A stretch of DNA of 64,000 nt. Origin: Candidatus Berkelbacteria bacterium (GTDB lineage Bacteria; Patescibacteriota; UBA1384; XYA2-FULL-43-10; CAINNR01). How positions within the stretch are numbered: position 1 is the stretch's first letter; the number at the start of each line of letters is the position of its first letter. The notes below the pieces were generated by a model. It did not search any database and was not told the DNA's origin. It saw only the letters and a list, made by a program, of their open reading frames with translations. Positions 9,235 through 18,684 of this stretch are shown here, piece by piece. Where the stretch lies: the NCBI GenBank assembly GCA_037142675.1, contig JBAXAF010000004.1:326-64325 (forward strand), written 5' to 3'. The translations under genes were made by a program, and so were the position numbers.

Positions 9235-9990
9235 TTAGCCTTCGCCGACTTTTGCCTCGGTGGATTTCTCCCACAATAGAGTGTGGAAAATTTTCATTGC
9301 CTCGTATAGTTCTTTACTCTTAATAAGCATGCCAAAGTTCTCTTTTTGCGTGCTAAAAACACTAAGTTTTCCTGTGTCGTAGATTCCAATTCCAACCTCA
9401 ATTCTCATCCCATCTGGTCCCCATCGCAACTCTCGCAAGTACTCCAAGCCGTGTGATGATGTTTCATAGTTAATATCTGTATCTTTGTATCGAATAGTTT
9501 TGATAAATATTCCCTTTTCAATTCGAGCTTTGTCGATCTCGGCGATTGATCGTACCCCGCCAATCATTTGAGTTGCGCTCCCTGGCCAAATGTAGAGTGC
9601 CTCTTTTTTGCACTTCAACTCCTCGCGGATAACATTGCGCACCTGATCTGGCCCCTCAAAATAACTGACGCGTGGTTTGTGTGGGGTTAGATTAAATAAG
9701 TCTATAAAAGCCGGCAAACTATCTTTTAGTTTTGCCAATCTTTCATTCTCGAGCTCAATCAGGCGTTCTGGCGACTCAGCTTTGTAATTCATTCGGCCGT
9801 TTTTCTCGAACTTTGATATCAAACCCAGTTCAACTAGGTGATCAATAAAGTAATAAATTGATGTTCGTTTAATGCCGGCACGAGCAGCGATTGGAGTAAT
9901 GGTTGAACTGCCAAGCTCCAAAATAGCCAAGTAGACCTTGGCTTCCTTCTCGTCCAACCCAAATTTTACTAGTGTGTCCTCTTTGTTCAT
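9235..9990 (-). CDS. TrmB-family HTH regulator (paralog 2)
   Basis: FGLDEKEAKVYLAILELGSSTITPIAARAGIKRTSIYYFIDHL; start chosen at MNKEDTL (RBS gagga); ORF-track N-terminal 25 aa are GC-rich and atypical. Confidence 0.75.
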   Translation of the reverse strand: MNKEDTLVKFGLDEKEAKVYLAILELGSSTITPIAARAGIKRTSIYYFIDHLVELGLISKFEKNGRMNYKAESPERLIELENERLAKLKDSLPAFIDLFNLTPHKPRVSYFEGPDQVRNVIREELKCKKEALYIWPGSATQMIGGVRSIAEIDKARIEKGIFIKTIRYKDTDINYETSSHGLEYLRELRWGPDGMRIEVGIGIYDTGKLSVFSTQKENFGMLIKSKELYEAMKIFHTLLWEKSTEAKVGEG

Positions 9991-10156
9991 TCCTGTCATC
10001 CTCGGGCTTGCCTGCCCGCCTTTGGAGGGACCCGGGGATCCATTAATAGTTAAGACTTCGCACATATCGTCTAAAAAATCGTCGATAACACATTAATTCT
10101 AGCATAATTGGCACAAATTAGTCAAGTATTATTTGTCTAAATCATTGTCTAATATA

Positions 10157-10185
10157 TTGACAATATGCCAAATCAGTGATACAAT
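10157..10185 (+). promoter_or_regulatory. Consensus sigma70 promoter TTGACA-17-TACAAT
   Basis: ttgacaatatgccaaatcagtgatacaat. Confidence 0.65.
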
Positions 10186-10271
10186 GTGTTGTTACGATCG
10201 AAGTGGCAAACAAGCCAATCGCTCGTAAGGCAGATTACAACTTACGCCGGCGGGCTAACGCTAGGAATGAA

Positions 10272-10694
10272 ATGGATAACGATATTTGCGACTTTGGCTG
10301 TCCTGACGCCGTTGAGAACATCGCATTCAGTGGAAACACGTATTACGGCTTTGCTCGTTACGAAATCGCCACCGAGACCCGCGGGGGCATTCCTTACAAG
10401 ACTGAGGTTCGCGTCAACTATTTCCCCGTTGTTGATGGGCGCGTTCGGGTAGTAGATGTGGTTTTGATGCGATTCACCTGGGAGTCGTTTTACAAGACGC
10501 ATACGGTCGATGAAGCGCTGAAATCCAATTGGCCAGAAATATTGGCCGAGATGATCGCGGAGTCGCTGCCGGTTCGCATCGAGGAATTCTGCATCGCACG
10601 GCGCAAGAGTAGTGATCAGATGATACAGAATTTTAAGGAATGGCTGAAGTGTGAAAAGGGAATTGAGCTTTCGGAAGACCGCTCTGAACCGTAG
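10272..10694 (+). CDS. GC-rich hypothetical protein (operon E, gene 1)
   Basis: Start MDNDICDF with RBS aggaa; the ORF-track start 10176 would lie inside the promoter. Confidence 0.55.
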   Translation: MDNDICDFGCPDAVENIAFSGNTYYGFARYEIATETRGGIPYKTEVRVNYFPVVDGRVRVVDVVLMRFTWESFYKTHTVDEALKSNWPEILAEMIAESLPVRIEEFCIARRKSSDQMIQNFKEWLKCEKGIELSEDRSEP

Positions 10695-10719
10695 CAGGTT
10701 CGGAGCCGTTTCCGAGGGA
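10668..10719 (+). repeat. 52-nt hairpin-containing direct repeat, copy 1 (overlaps the 3' end of gene 1)
   Basis: ctttcggaagaccgctctgaaccgtagcaggttcggagccgtttccgaggga; about 92% identical to 11137-11188. Confidence 0.8.
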
Positions 10720-10756
10720 AATCAAGTGCTGGCGAGCCAAAACGCAAGGAAATAAC

Positions 10757-11131
10757 ATGAGTGGTACAGTTGACGATTTGATGGCAGCGCTTCGGATGAT
10801 CGACAGTCACTCGCAGCAGCTTGATGAAGAAAAAGAGACCCTGGCGTTGGCGCGGCGTGTCATCTCCGATCGTCACTTCCGGCAGCTGGTTCAGCGGCTG
10901 GAAACCGATCGGGTTGGATTGGCACGCGAGATCCTCGAAGCCGAGCAGATCCGCATCGACAACACCCCGATCGAAGATCTGTCGCTGTCGGTTCGGACAT
11001 ACAACGGCTTGAAGAAGAGTGGTATCAACACCCTCGGAGAGCTGGCTGAGTGCACGAAGGAGAAGTTGGCAGGCATCCGCAACTGGGGCCGCCGCTGCCA
11101 GGAAGAAGTAGATGAGATTCTGAAGAAATAG
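10757..11131 (+). CDS. Standalone RNA polymerase alpha-subunit C-terminal-domain-like protein
   Basis: IEDLSLSVRTYNGLKKSGINTLGELAECTKEKLAGIRNWGRRCQEEVDEILKK resembles the RpoA alpha-CTD helix-hairpin-helix. Confidence 0.6.
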   Translation: MSGTVDDLMAALRMIDSHSQQLDEEKETLALARRVISDRHFRQLVQRLETDRVGLAREILEAEQIRIDNTPIEDLSLSVRTYNGLKKSGINTLGELAECTKEKLAGIRNWGRRCQEEVDEILKK

Positions 11132-11136
11132 GAGTG

Positions 11137-11188
11137 CTTTCGGACGACCGCTCTGAACTGTAACAGGTTCGGAGCCGTTTCCGAGGGA
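11137..11188 (+). repeat. 52-nt direct repeat, copy 2
   Basis: ctttcggacgaccgctctgaactgtaacaggttcggagccgtttccgaggga. Confidence 0.8.
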
Positions 11189-11214
11189 GATAATCAGAAA
11201 GGTGGTTATGAAGT

Positions 11215-11625
11215 ATGTACATGTACCCTTTTGCATGGAGTGGCCAGGTATATAATCTGGGCGAAGGCGATGTCCAGATGCTGGTTGAGTTGTTGTGTGC
11301 AGGCCTAGACAAGGTGCTTGTAAACAACGATTACGAAGATGGCTCCAGGAAAGTGCGAATCTCGACTCACGACTATAAAAAGGCTAAATTCAACGACAAG
11401 CTGATCGAGCTCGAGTATACACTTCCCTGCAGGCATTTGCTTGTAGGACTGGGAAGTGGAGATTACCCGCGCTCCTTGCATCTTCCGCAAGCAATCGGTG
11501 GGGGGACCCTCGTCCGTAAGTCTCACGAGCCTGGCAAACCTATATACGTATGTCAGTTGGACATTGGAGACAGAAAGATAGAGCTGAAGGTGTGTTTCGT
11601 TGTGACTGAAGACAAGTTGAGATAG
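11215..11625 (+). CDS. GC-rich hypothetical protein (operon E, gene 3)
   Basis: RBS aaaggtgg; terminator ctccgggtcgtgattgattcggag plus T-run at 11660-11690. Confidence 0.55.
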   Translation: MYMYPFAWSGQVYNLGEGDVQMLVELLCAGLDKVLVNNDYEDGSRKVRISTHDYKKAKFNDKLIELEYTLPCRHLLVGLGSGDYPRSLHLPQAIGGGTLVRKSHEPGKPIYVCQLDIGDRKIELKVCFVVTEDKLR

Positions 11626-11750
11626 TCCAAGCAACTGCTGTCGGCAACCAACTTCGCCTCCGGGTCGTGATTGATTCGGAGCTTTTTTATTTCAAACTAG
11701 ATCCTTCGGCTACTCTCAGGATGACAATCTAAAAAATTCATGCTAAACTT

Positions 11751-12104
11751 TTGGCAATGTTAAACAATATCAACCGCCTGCGGAAGGCGGGGGAAATCCA
11801 AAAAGTATTCAAATTCGGCAAATCAATACGGTCTGCTAATTTTTCTATTCGCTATAATCCGAACCGCGCAAGCAATAATCGCTTCGCTGTTGTTGTTGGC
11901 ACAAAGGTGGACAAGCGAGCAACTCGCAGAAACGCTATAAAACGGCTTGTAAGAGAAGTTATTCGCTTAAATATACAATCTATCCCGACAAGCTTTGATA
12001 TTGTTCTCACGGCTCACAAACTAGCAAATTGGCCGATAAAACTGGTCGATGTCCAGCCAGAATTAACAGAACTGTTAAAACAAATTCGAAACTCTAAATC
12101 CTAA
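11751..12104 (+). CDS. rnpA: RNase P protein component
   Basis: 117 aa with conserved FAVVVGTKVDKRATRRNAIKRLVRE. Confidence 0.9.
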   Translation: MAMLNNINRLRKAGEIQKVFKFGKSIRSANFSIRYNPNRASNNRFAVVVGTKVDKRATRRNAIKRLVREVIRLNIQSIPTSFDIVLTAHKLANWPIKLVDVQPELTELLKQIRNSKS

Positions 12105-12205
12105 ATCCTAAACAAATCCAAATGATCCAATTTTCAAATATTTTAAACATTAAGACATTTGAATTTTGATATTGTTTAGAAATTAGATATTAGAATTTAG
12201 AAATT
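12095..12205. repeat. AT-rich palindromic intergenic repeat (family member)
   Basis: Nearly identical to 20583-20690: ...caaatgatccaattttcaaatattttaaacattaagacatttgaattttgatattgtttag... Confidence 0.7.
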
Positions 12206-12448
12206 ATGAAAAAAATCTTAATAAAAATCATTGAATTTTATCAGCGAACACTTTCGCCTGATCATGGATTTTTTTCATATAAATATCCAGCAGGATATTG
12301 CAAATATCATCCTGATTGCTCTGAATATTGTAAGCAGGCAATAGAGAAAAAAGGCGCTGTGAGGGGGATTGCGCTCGGAGCGTGGCGTGTGCTACGATGT
12401 AATCCATGGAGTTCTGGGGGGTACGATCCGGTGAATCATGAATCATGA
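12206..12448 (+). CDS. yidD: Membrane protein insertion efficiency factor YidD
   Basis: 80 aa, cysteine-rich YidD fold. Confidence 0.85.
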   Translation: MKKILIKIIEFYQRTLSPDHGFFSYKYPAGYCKYHPDCSEYCKQAIEKKGAVRGIALGAWRVLRCNPWSSGGYDPVNHES

Positions 12449-12509
12449 ATTGTGAATAATGGGCTCAAAACCATAATTCTTAATTCATAATTCTTAATTC
12501 AAGGAAAAA

Positions 12510-13382
12510 ATGTCTGCATTTTTCACAACCATCTTGTTTGTCCCGATCTATAACATGCTAATGTACTTGGTTGCCGTTATCCCTGGCCATCAAGTGGCAC
12601 TGGCTATTATCTTGCTAACTATTATCATTCGTCTGGTTCTTTTGCCATCTTCAATCAAGGCATCAAAATCTACAATTGAAATGCAGAAGATTCAACCACT
12701 ATTGAATGCTGTTCGGGCCAAATACAAGGGTGATCAGCTGAAAATGTCACAAGAAATGCAACGCCTGTTCAAGGAGCACAAGGTTTCGCCGTATGGAAGT
12801 TGTTTGCCACTAATTGTGCAGATGGTTGTACTTGTAGTTTTTTATCGGGTAATATTGATTGGTTTCAGCGCTGGCCACTTTAATCTCCTTTACTCATTTA
12901 TTCCCAAGCCTTCAGAGATTAATCTTGCCTTCTTTGGCATTGATGTTTCCAAGCCAGATCTGTGGGTTCTGCCAATTCTAGCTGGCGCGCTGCAGTTTGT
13001 TCAGACAAAAATGATGCCGCAGCCACCGCAATCAAAAGGTTCGAATGATCCAGCTGCAATGATGAACAAGCAAATAATCTATTTTTTGCCCTTGATTACA
13101 ATCTTCATCGGTCGTGCGCTTCCTGCGGGCCTGGCACTTTATTGGGTTCTAACATCCGTGGTTATGATTTTTCAGCAGTGGTATGTCAATAATCAATTTA
13201 AACTTGGTTTCTGGGGTAAGTTCCCTAATGTGCCAATTGCAGAGCTTCCTGAATACACCATAGATGATAAATCATCAGCCAAAGGCACTGAACTACACCC
13301 AGAACATGAAAAAATTATTCAGGCCGACGAAAAAAAGATCCGAGCTAAAGGCGTTGAGATTACAGTTCGAAAACGCAAGTAA
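12510..13382 (+). CDS. yidC: Membrane protein insertase YidC
   Basis: 290 aa, multi-TM; synteny rnpA-yidD-yidC. Confidence 0.88.
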   Translation: MSAFFTTILFVPIYNMLMYLVAVIPGHQVALAIILLTIIIRLVLLPSSIKASKSTIEMQKIQPLLNAVRAKYKGDQLKMSQEMQRLFKEHKVSPYGSCLPLIVQMVVLVVFYRVILIGFSAGHFNLLYSFIPKPSEINLAFFGIDVSKPDLWVLPILAGALQFVQTKMMPQPPQSKGSNDPAAMMNKQIIYFLPLITIFIGRALPAGLALYWVLTSVVMIFQQWYVNNQFKLGFWGKFPNVPIAELPEYTIDDKSSAKGTELHPEHEKIIQADEKKIRAKGVEITVRKRK

Positions 13383-13473
13383 GTTGCAAGTAACAAGTGA
13401 ATCAAGTAAAAAGTTGATAGAATTAAAAAATCCGCAATCAAATGCGGGTTTTTTAATTGAAATAGTCTAGCTT

Positions 13474-13752
13474 TTGAGCTATGATTCAAGCGTCATGAAA
13501 TATTTTGTCTACATGCTAGAGAATCAAAAAGGAAGACATTATATTGGAATAACAACTGATTTGGAACGCAGACTGGCCGAACATAATATTAATGGCGCCA
13601 AATCGACAAAGCCATTTGGACCGTGGAAAATGATTTATTCTGAGCAATTTGATTCCAGATCAGAGGCTTGCAAACGAGAGTGGCATTTAAAAAATTCACC
13701 AGGAAAGAAAGAAAAATCCGATATTATTAAACAATACGGAGAGGTCGCATAG
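13474..13752 (+). CDS. GIY-YIG domain nuclease (UPF0213-like)
   Basis: YFVYMLENQKGRHYIGITTDLERRLAEHN. Confidence 0.75.
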   Translation: MSYDSSVMKYFVYMLENQKGRHYIGITTDLERRLAEHNINGAKSTKPFGPWKMIYSEQFDSRSEACKREWHLKNSPGKKEKSDIIKQYGEVA

Positions 13753-13828
13753 TTGGTCTAGTGCGCTTGTTTCGAAAACAAGTAGGGCTGCAAGGCTCTC
13801 GCGAGTTCGAATCTCGCCCTCTCCGCCA
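13738..13828 (+). tRNA. tRNA-Ser (anticodon CGA)
   Basis: ggagaggtcgcatagttggtctagtgcgc...ttcgaaa anticodon loop, long variable arm, gagttcgaatctcgc T-arm, CCA encoded; overlaps the last 15 nt of the upstream ORF. Confidence 0.8.
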
Positions 13829-13888
13829 AGCTTAGCTTGGCAATTGAGACGCTTGGCGTCTCGCCAATAAATATAAATCGTAAATATT

Positions 13889-14203
13889 ATGTTTGATAAA
13901 GCAGTAGAATTTGAAAAACTAATTGAATATCAAGAAGGTGTTGTTGCAAGTCGAACTATCATCGACAAAAAAGCCGGTACGGTAACAGTGTTTGCTTTTG
14001 ATAAGGGTCAAGGGCTTTCCGAGCATATCGCGCCGTACGATGCCCTAGTTTATGCACTAGATGGTGAGGCTGAAATAATTGTTTCCGGCGAAAAACAACA
14101 GCTAGCAAAGGGTGAGATGTTGATAATGCCAGCTGGATCGCCTCATTCTCTGAAAGCTGCCGAGAAATTCAAAATGGTTTTAGTAATGATACGAGAGAAA
14201 TAA
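13889..14203 (+). CDS. Cupin-domain protein
   Basis: 104 aa small beta-barrel cupin pattern. Confidence 0.65.
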   Translation: MFDKAVEFEKLIEYQEGVVASRTIIDKKAGTVTVFAFDKGQGLSEHIAPYDALVYALDGEAEIIVSGEKQQLAKGEMLIMPAGSPHSLKAAEKFKMVLVMIREK

Positions 14204-14206
14204 ATA

Positions 14207-15358
14207 ATGAAATTTCCTAAAAACTTTCTTTTTGGATCGGCGACCTCGGCTCATCAAATTGAAGGCCATTTAAATAACGATTGGGCACGCTGGGAAAAAA
14301 CTCCTGGCCATATTTCCGATGGCACAACGTCCGAAACTGGTGCTGATAGTTGGAATAAGTGGCGAGATGATATTCGGCTGCTTAATAATACCTCTCAGAA
14401 TGCCTACAGATTTTCCATTGAATGGTCACGAATTGAGCCAGAAGAAGGTATGTTTGATGAAGACGCTACCCAGCATTACCGGGAAATTATCAACGAGCTA
14501 AATAAGAATAATATCACCCCAATGGTGACACTTTTCCATTTCACCTGTCCACTTTGGCTTGACGATATTGGCGGTGTTGCCAGCAGAAAATTCGCCCGGT
14601 ATTTTGCTCGCTTTGCCGGCAGGATGGCGAAAGAATTCGGCCACAAGGTTGATCTCTGGTCGGTGATTAATGAACCCAGTGTATATGTTAACGCCGGCTA
14701 CATTATTGGTCATTGGTACCCGGGCAAGCGCAACATTATTGGTGGGGTCAAGGCATTTTTTCACCTTGTTTCTGCTCACAAACAAGCGTACATAAGCATG
14801 AAGAATGCTAACCCGAGGGTCAAGGTAGGAATTGCTATGAATATGACTGCATTTGCACCAGTTAAAAACACTTGGTGCAACCGTGTTCTAACGAGGGTAG
14901 CAAAATGGTTGGTAAATGAATATTCAATAAATTTGGTTCGCAAAAACCTCGACTTTCTCGGCATAAATCATTATATGTCACACAAAATTCAATGCAAAAA
15001 ACCAGTCATGTTTGACGAGGGTGGAGTTAAAAGCGAATATGGCTGGAGCGTTCACCCAGAAGGACTCTATCAAGTAATAATGGAAGCCAAGCACTGGAAG
15101 CTGCCAATCTACATTACAGAGAACGGCACGGCTGATTCATCTGATAAATTGCGACAATCATTCATCACCAATTTTTTAGAAAAATGCTCCAAAGCCATTG
15201 CTGATGGCGCCGACCTTCGAGGCTACTTTCACTGGTCCCTGATTGACAATTTTGAATGGGCGAGCGGATATTCGATGAAATTTGGCCTGCACACCATAGA
15301 CAGAAAACCCCGCAAATCGGCGGAGATTTATAAGAAAATTATAGAAAGTTCTAGATAA
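14207..15358 (+). CDS. GH1-family beta-glucosidase-like glycoside hydrolase
   Basis: FLFGSATSAHQIEG N-terminal signature and ITENG catalytic motif. Confidence 0.8.
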   Translation: MKFPKNFLFGSATSAHQIEGHLNNDWARWEKTPGHISDGTTSETGADSWNKWRDDIRLLNNTSQNAYRFSIEWSRIEPEEGMFDEDATQHYREIINELNKNNITPMVTLFHFTCPLWLDDIGGVASRKFARYFARFAGRMAKEFGHKVDLWSVINEPSVYVNAGYIIGHWYPGKRNIIGGVKAFFHLVSAHKQAYISMKNANPRVKVGIAMNMTAFAPVKNTWCNRVLTRVAKWLVNEYSINLVRKNLDFLGINHYMSHKIQCKKPVMFDEGGVKSEYGWSVHPEGLYQVIMEAKHWKLPIYITENGTADSSDKLRQSFITNFLEKCSKAIADGADLRGYFHWSLIDNFEWASGYSMKFGLHTIDRKPRKSAEIYKKIIESSR

Positions 15359-15367
15359 ATTTTGAAT

Positions 15368-15400
15368 AAAAAAGCCCTGGCGTGACAACAACCAGGGTGG
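15368..15400. terminator. Bidirectional intrinsic terminator
   Basis: aaaaaagccctggcgtgacaacaaccaggg; T-run on the minus strand. Confidence 0.65.
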
Positions 15401-15423
15401 GCACTCTTGGCTTTCGAACCAGG

Positions 15424-16293
15424 TCAGGCAGACCTGACCGTGGCAGCATCCTCGGGCTGGCCAATGATCTGGCGGTACTTGTCGCGTAGCTCCGGCGACA
15501 ACCTCTCTGTCATGCTGATAGCGTCTCGACGGCCGCACAGGCTATCGTGGTGAGTGATGTGGGCGGCAACCAGTTTTTCGACTGCCGCCTCACGTTTGGC
15601 CGGTGGGAAGAGCGGGATCATGCACTCGGCATAATCGAGCCGGTAACTGGCGCTGCATGCTTCGTGGAAAAGCGCACGAAGACGCTTCTGGTCTCTAATG
15701 AAACCGAGCTCGGAGCTGAAACCGTTGACATCGCGGTAGGTGTACTGCGATCGGTGATGTTCAGCCGGGTGCATATCCATCTCGAGCAGGGAGAAGAACA
15801 GCCTCTCAAATGCTGCGTGTCGCAACCGCTTCGAGTCGATGGCGCGGATCGACCGCAGTGTTTCTTCGACGTTCCAGAAGCCATACCGGCAAAGCTGCAC
15901 GTTGGCGGCGTCACGGTCCTTTTTTGGGAGACCGACGATTGCTTTTCGCACTATGCGAATGTCGGAGTTCCGACGTGCGAGGTACTTCGGCATCCAGGTC
16001 ATAACCTCGTCGGTGTTCAGGTGACGACCAACGACCTCGAGATCGCGAAGCATGCCGTCGTAGTTGTAGCCATTTTCAACCACAATGGCTACAACTTTGC
16101 CTGCCTGCCCAGGTTGGAGCTCCTTTGGCAGTAGCGGAATGGCGGTGATGAGCGCAATCCTGAGCTGTTGGTGGCTGATCATCTTATCGATGACACCTGT
16201 TACCAGCTCCACCTTTCGCTCGGCGCTCATGTCTTGGAAGCAGTAGCTTAGCTGGCGCTCATATTCGTCCCCCCCAGATGTGGCTGACGGCAC
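15424..16293 (-). CDS. GC-rich hypothetical protein (island F)
   Basis: 289 aa; overlaps the upstream gene by 35 nt. Confidence 0.55.
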   Translation of the reverse strand: MPSATSGGDEYERQLSYCFQDMSAERKVELVTGVIDKMISHQQLRIALITAIPLLPKELQPGQAGKVVAIVVENGYNYDGMLRDLEVVGRHLNTDEVMTWMPKYLARRNSDIRIVRKAIVGLPKKDRDAANVQLCRYGFWNVEETLRSIRAIDSKRLRHAAFERLFFSLLEMDMHPAEHHRSQYTYRDVNGFSSELGFIRDQKRLRALFHEACSASYRLDYAECMIPLFPPAKREAAVEKLVAAHITHHDSLCGRRDAISMTERLSPELRDKYRQIIGQPEDAATVRSA

Positions 16294-16798
16294 AGTTGTA
16301 CCTGGCCATGACTAAGCAATGCAGCCGGTCTTCTGAGCGGTATTTGCTATTGGTCAGGCTTGAAGCATCCCTGGCCTGGTAATCGTAGCCGCCGAGGATA
16401 GTCAGCTCGTGAATTCGTCTTCCGACCTGTTTGCGCAGATGTTTTGTTTCGATCTTCCGGCACCAGTTGATCGCCGCCCAGAGTAGGGCCGCTGATCTGT
16501 GGTTATCGCTGCAAATTTCGACCTCAGCGATAAACTGGTTACAGGCTGCAAGTCGAAGATTATCAGCCTTGTCGCCGAGAAGTGCAGCAATTCTTGAGAG
16601 TGATTGCTCGGACTGGTGGATAGTGCGCCCGGTCATCCCGCCACCAGGTGTGATAATCACCATCCAGTGGATTAAGGACTTGGCGCATACCATCAACTGG
16701 TGATAAGTCAGACTGTGTCCGAGTTGGGTCACCAGGGTCACGGCCGCGTCAATATCACCAGCGATGATCAGAGCAGACAACAATTGCAAGGATCTCAT
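16259..16798 (-). CDS. GC-rich hypothetical protein (island F)
   Basis: 179 aa; RBS gagagg; minus-strand promoter TTGATT-17-TATAAC at about 16842-16870. Confidence 0.55.
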   Translation of the reverse strand: MRSLQLLSALIIAGDIDAAVTLVTQLGHSLTYHQLMVCAKSLIHWMVIITPGGGMTGRTIHQSEQSLSRIAALLGDKADNLRLAACNQFIAEVEICSDNHRSAALLWAAINWCRKIETKHLRKQVGRRIHELTILGGYDYQARDASSLTNSKYRSEDRLHCLVMARYNCAVSHIWGGRI

Positions 16799-16919
16799 TG
16801 TAGGTTCCTCTCACAAATCGGGTTGATTGTGAAACACCTAAGTTATATCAGCAAGCAATATTTTAATCAAATTTAATAAAAAAAACGCGGCGAAGGAACT
16901 CGCCGCGTGTACTCTTTGC

Positions 16920-18578
16920 TCAGATGTATCCGCTTTTTAGCCGGAAGTACATTCTGGCACTCACGTAACGGAAGAGGCGGACAGCTCGCGCCAGCCTGAC
17001 TCGTTGTGACGGTGAACTCATCAGAAATCCTGCTACTGCATGCTCGTCTTCGGCTGTTGCCAGCTTTTCGATGGCGTAGGCATGCAGCCCCTTTGGATGT
17101 ATGGGGTAGAGCCACTTGCTTTTGAAACAAATAGCTTCGGTGATGATTGGAATATAAGCTGGCGCAAGCTCAGATTGCCGGCTTATTTTGATGCCTGTGA
17201 CTGTCGGCATCAGCCCATGCCAGTTGATTGAACGGACGACCCAGTCGCGCTCATTGGCGCTGACGTTATCCAGTAACCCAGCCAGCAGGACAGGACCAAT
17301 ACGCTGGATGGCGGCGCGGTACTCGACTTCTGACGCGCCTTTGCAGAATGTCATTGCGGCGCCAACATGTTCGGCCCCAAATCGGCGTTCAAGAGCCCCA
17401 AAACTCATTGTGTGTGCCAAAGGCTTCAGCATTGCCGGCACAATCAGCGGGTTTCTGGACAACTCTGGAATGATCTCCTGTTCGGGACCGAAGATTCCCA
17501 TTTGTGGGTACCTTGGCAAAAGCAATTCTTGGGTCGCCATCCGCGCTTCTGACCGGTCGATGCGATTGCAGTTTCTGATCACCTCGCCAGCATCAACTTC
17601 TTCCAGTGCAACCGCCCAGAGGATGATCATCTTGCCGCCTTGATTCCCCCGATAGAGCGCATCAGGTGCGCCCATCTCGAAGGCCTCGACTACCCAGTGT
17701 CTGTCTGTCGGCGACCTCCATGTCTGGATGGCTTCTTGCAGTTCTCTCTCCTCAATCGACTCGATCTCGTTTTGTTTTGACAGCGCCAAGATCGCCGACA
17801 CCTCGGTTACCGTGCCGCGCCGGCCAAGTAATACCGAAATGACGGGAAGCAGGAAACCAGCCATTGGGAGACCGTGGTTTGCTACCAGGTTCGCAGCCTC
17901 GTGAATAAGTAGCGGCTGTCGTCCCCGACGATCGATCGTCTCTGCCTCGTAGAAAAGGCTAATGATCTGCCGTTCGTCCAGCCCTTCTACCCGAAATCGG
18001 CTGGCAAGCGCAGAGATGTAATCGTAGCCGAGCTCGGCGGTGTGGTAGCCCCACCAGAACCGGTCTTGAGCGTGTTCGTATTGTGGGTCATGATACTCTG
18101 GCAGTACGCCACGTCGGGAGGTCTCAGAAGGTGGAGGAGCCAAGTCCATGCCCATTTTGATCTCGGCTAGCCCGAACTTGACCGCTCCATCGATGTAGGA
18201 AGTCAGTCGGTTCGTGCCATAAGGATATTCCATATGTAGCACAAACTCGGTGGTCTCGCAGACCAGGTCGTAATTTCCGGCCTTAATCTGCCTGCCAATC
18301 TTCACCGAACAGTAATCATCAAGCGCAAGTTTGAACTTCGCCTGATACTCTATTAGCCTGGCCAGTGTTGGGTAGCCAATACGGGCAGCAATGTGCTTGA
18401 GCAGTTTGACGTATGCCCAAAGGCGCACATCTCCCTTTTCGGTGGTCACTTCGCACTCGTCATCACACTTTGTGACCTTTGGCTGAAGGCGTCGGACCTG
18501 CTGCAAGAGCTTCAAGCTCTCCAACAGAAACGGCTCAAGTTTGCCACTAATCTCCAAAAGTGCAACCCATGGTCTCAT
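16920..18578 (-). CDS. GC-rich large hypothetical protein (island F)
   Basis: 552 aa; minus promoter TTGACA-16-TAAGAT at 18609-18636; terminator cgcggcgaaggaactcgccgcg at 16888-16910. Confidence 0.6.
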   Translation of the reverse strand: MRPWVALLEISGKLEPFLLESLKLLQQVRRLQPKVTKCDDECEVTTEKGDVRLWAYVKLLKHIAARIGYPTLARLIEYQAKFKLALDDYCSVKIGRQIKAGNYDLVCETTEFVLHMEYPYGTNRLTSYIDGAVKFGLAEIKMGMDLAPPPSETSRRGVLPEYHDPQYEHAQDRFWWGYHTAELGYDYISALASRFRVEGLDERQIISLFYEAETIDRRGRQPLLIHEAANLVANHGLPMAGFLLPVISVLLGRRGTVTEVSAILALSKQNEIESIEERELQEAIQTWRSPTDRHWVVEAFEMGAPDALYRGNQGGKMIILWAVALEEVDAGEVIRNCNRIDRSEARMATQELLLPRYPQMGIFGPEQEIIPELSRNPLIVPAMLKPLAHTMSFGALERRFGAEHVGAAMTFCKGASEVEYRAAIQRIGPVLLAGLLDNVSANERDWVVRSINWHGLMPTVTGIKISRQSELAPAYIPIITEAICFKSKWLYPIHPKGLHAYAIEKLATAEDEHAVAGFLMSSPSQRVRLARAVRLFRYVSARMYFRLKSGYI

Positions 18579-18684
18579 GGTTGGCCTCTATTCTTGAGTA
18601 TCGCACTCATCTTAGCTCATGATTGTTTTATGTCAATAAAAAAAGGCGGGTATTAGCCGCCGTTAGTATTTGTGCAAGCCAACT

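Noticed and set aside
10034-10045. ggatccccgggt (BamHI-SmaI, identical to 12 nt of the pUC polylinker) inside the atypical N-terminal extension of TrmB paralog 2
   Set aside because: A single 12-mer match is plausible by chance in 128 kb of two-strand sequence; no further polylinker or vector backbone sequence follows. Worth a VecScreen check, but not called as contamination.
10668-11188. Integron attC sites as explanation for the hairpin direct repeats bracketing single genes
   Set aside because: The repeats do not start or end with the RYYYAAC / GTTRRRY core sites (ctgaacc / ggttcgg deviate), and no intI integrase gene is present in the window. Kept only as a loose analogy.
13738-13752. 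Overlap of the GIY-YIG ORF stop with the 5' end of tRNA-Ser(CGA), and of the PD-(D/E)xK ORF (35958-35972) with tRNA-Ser(TGA)
   Set aside because: The overlaps are short (15 nt) and on the same strand. They are most likely a start/stop-calling ambiguity rather than a functional arrangement.
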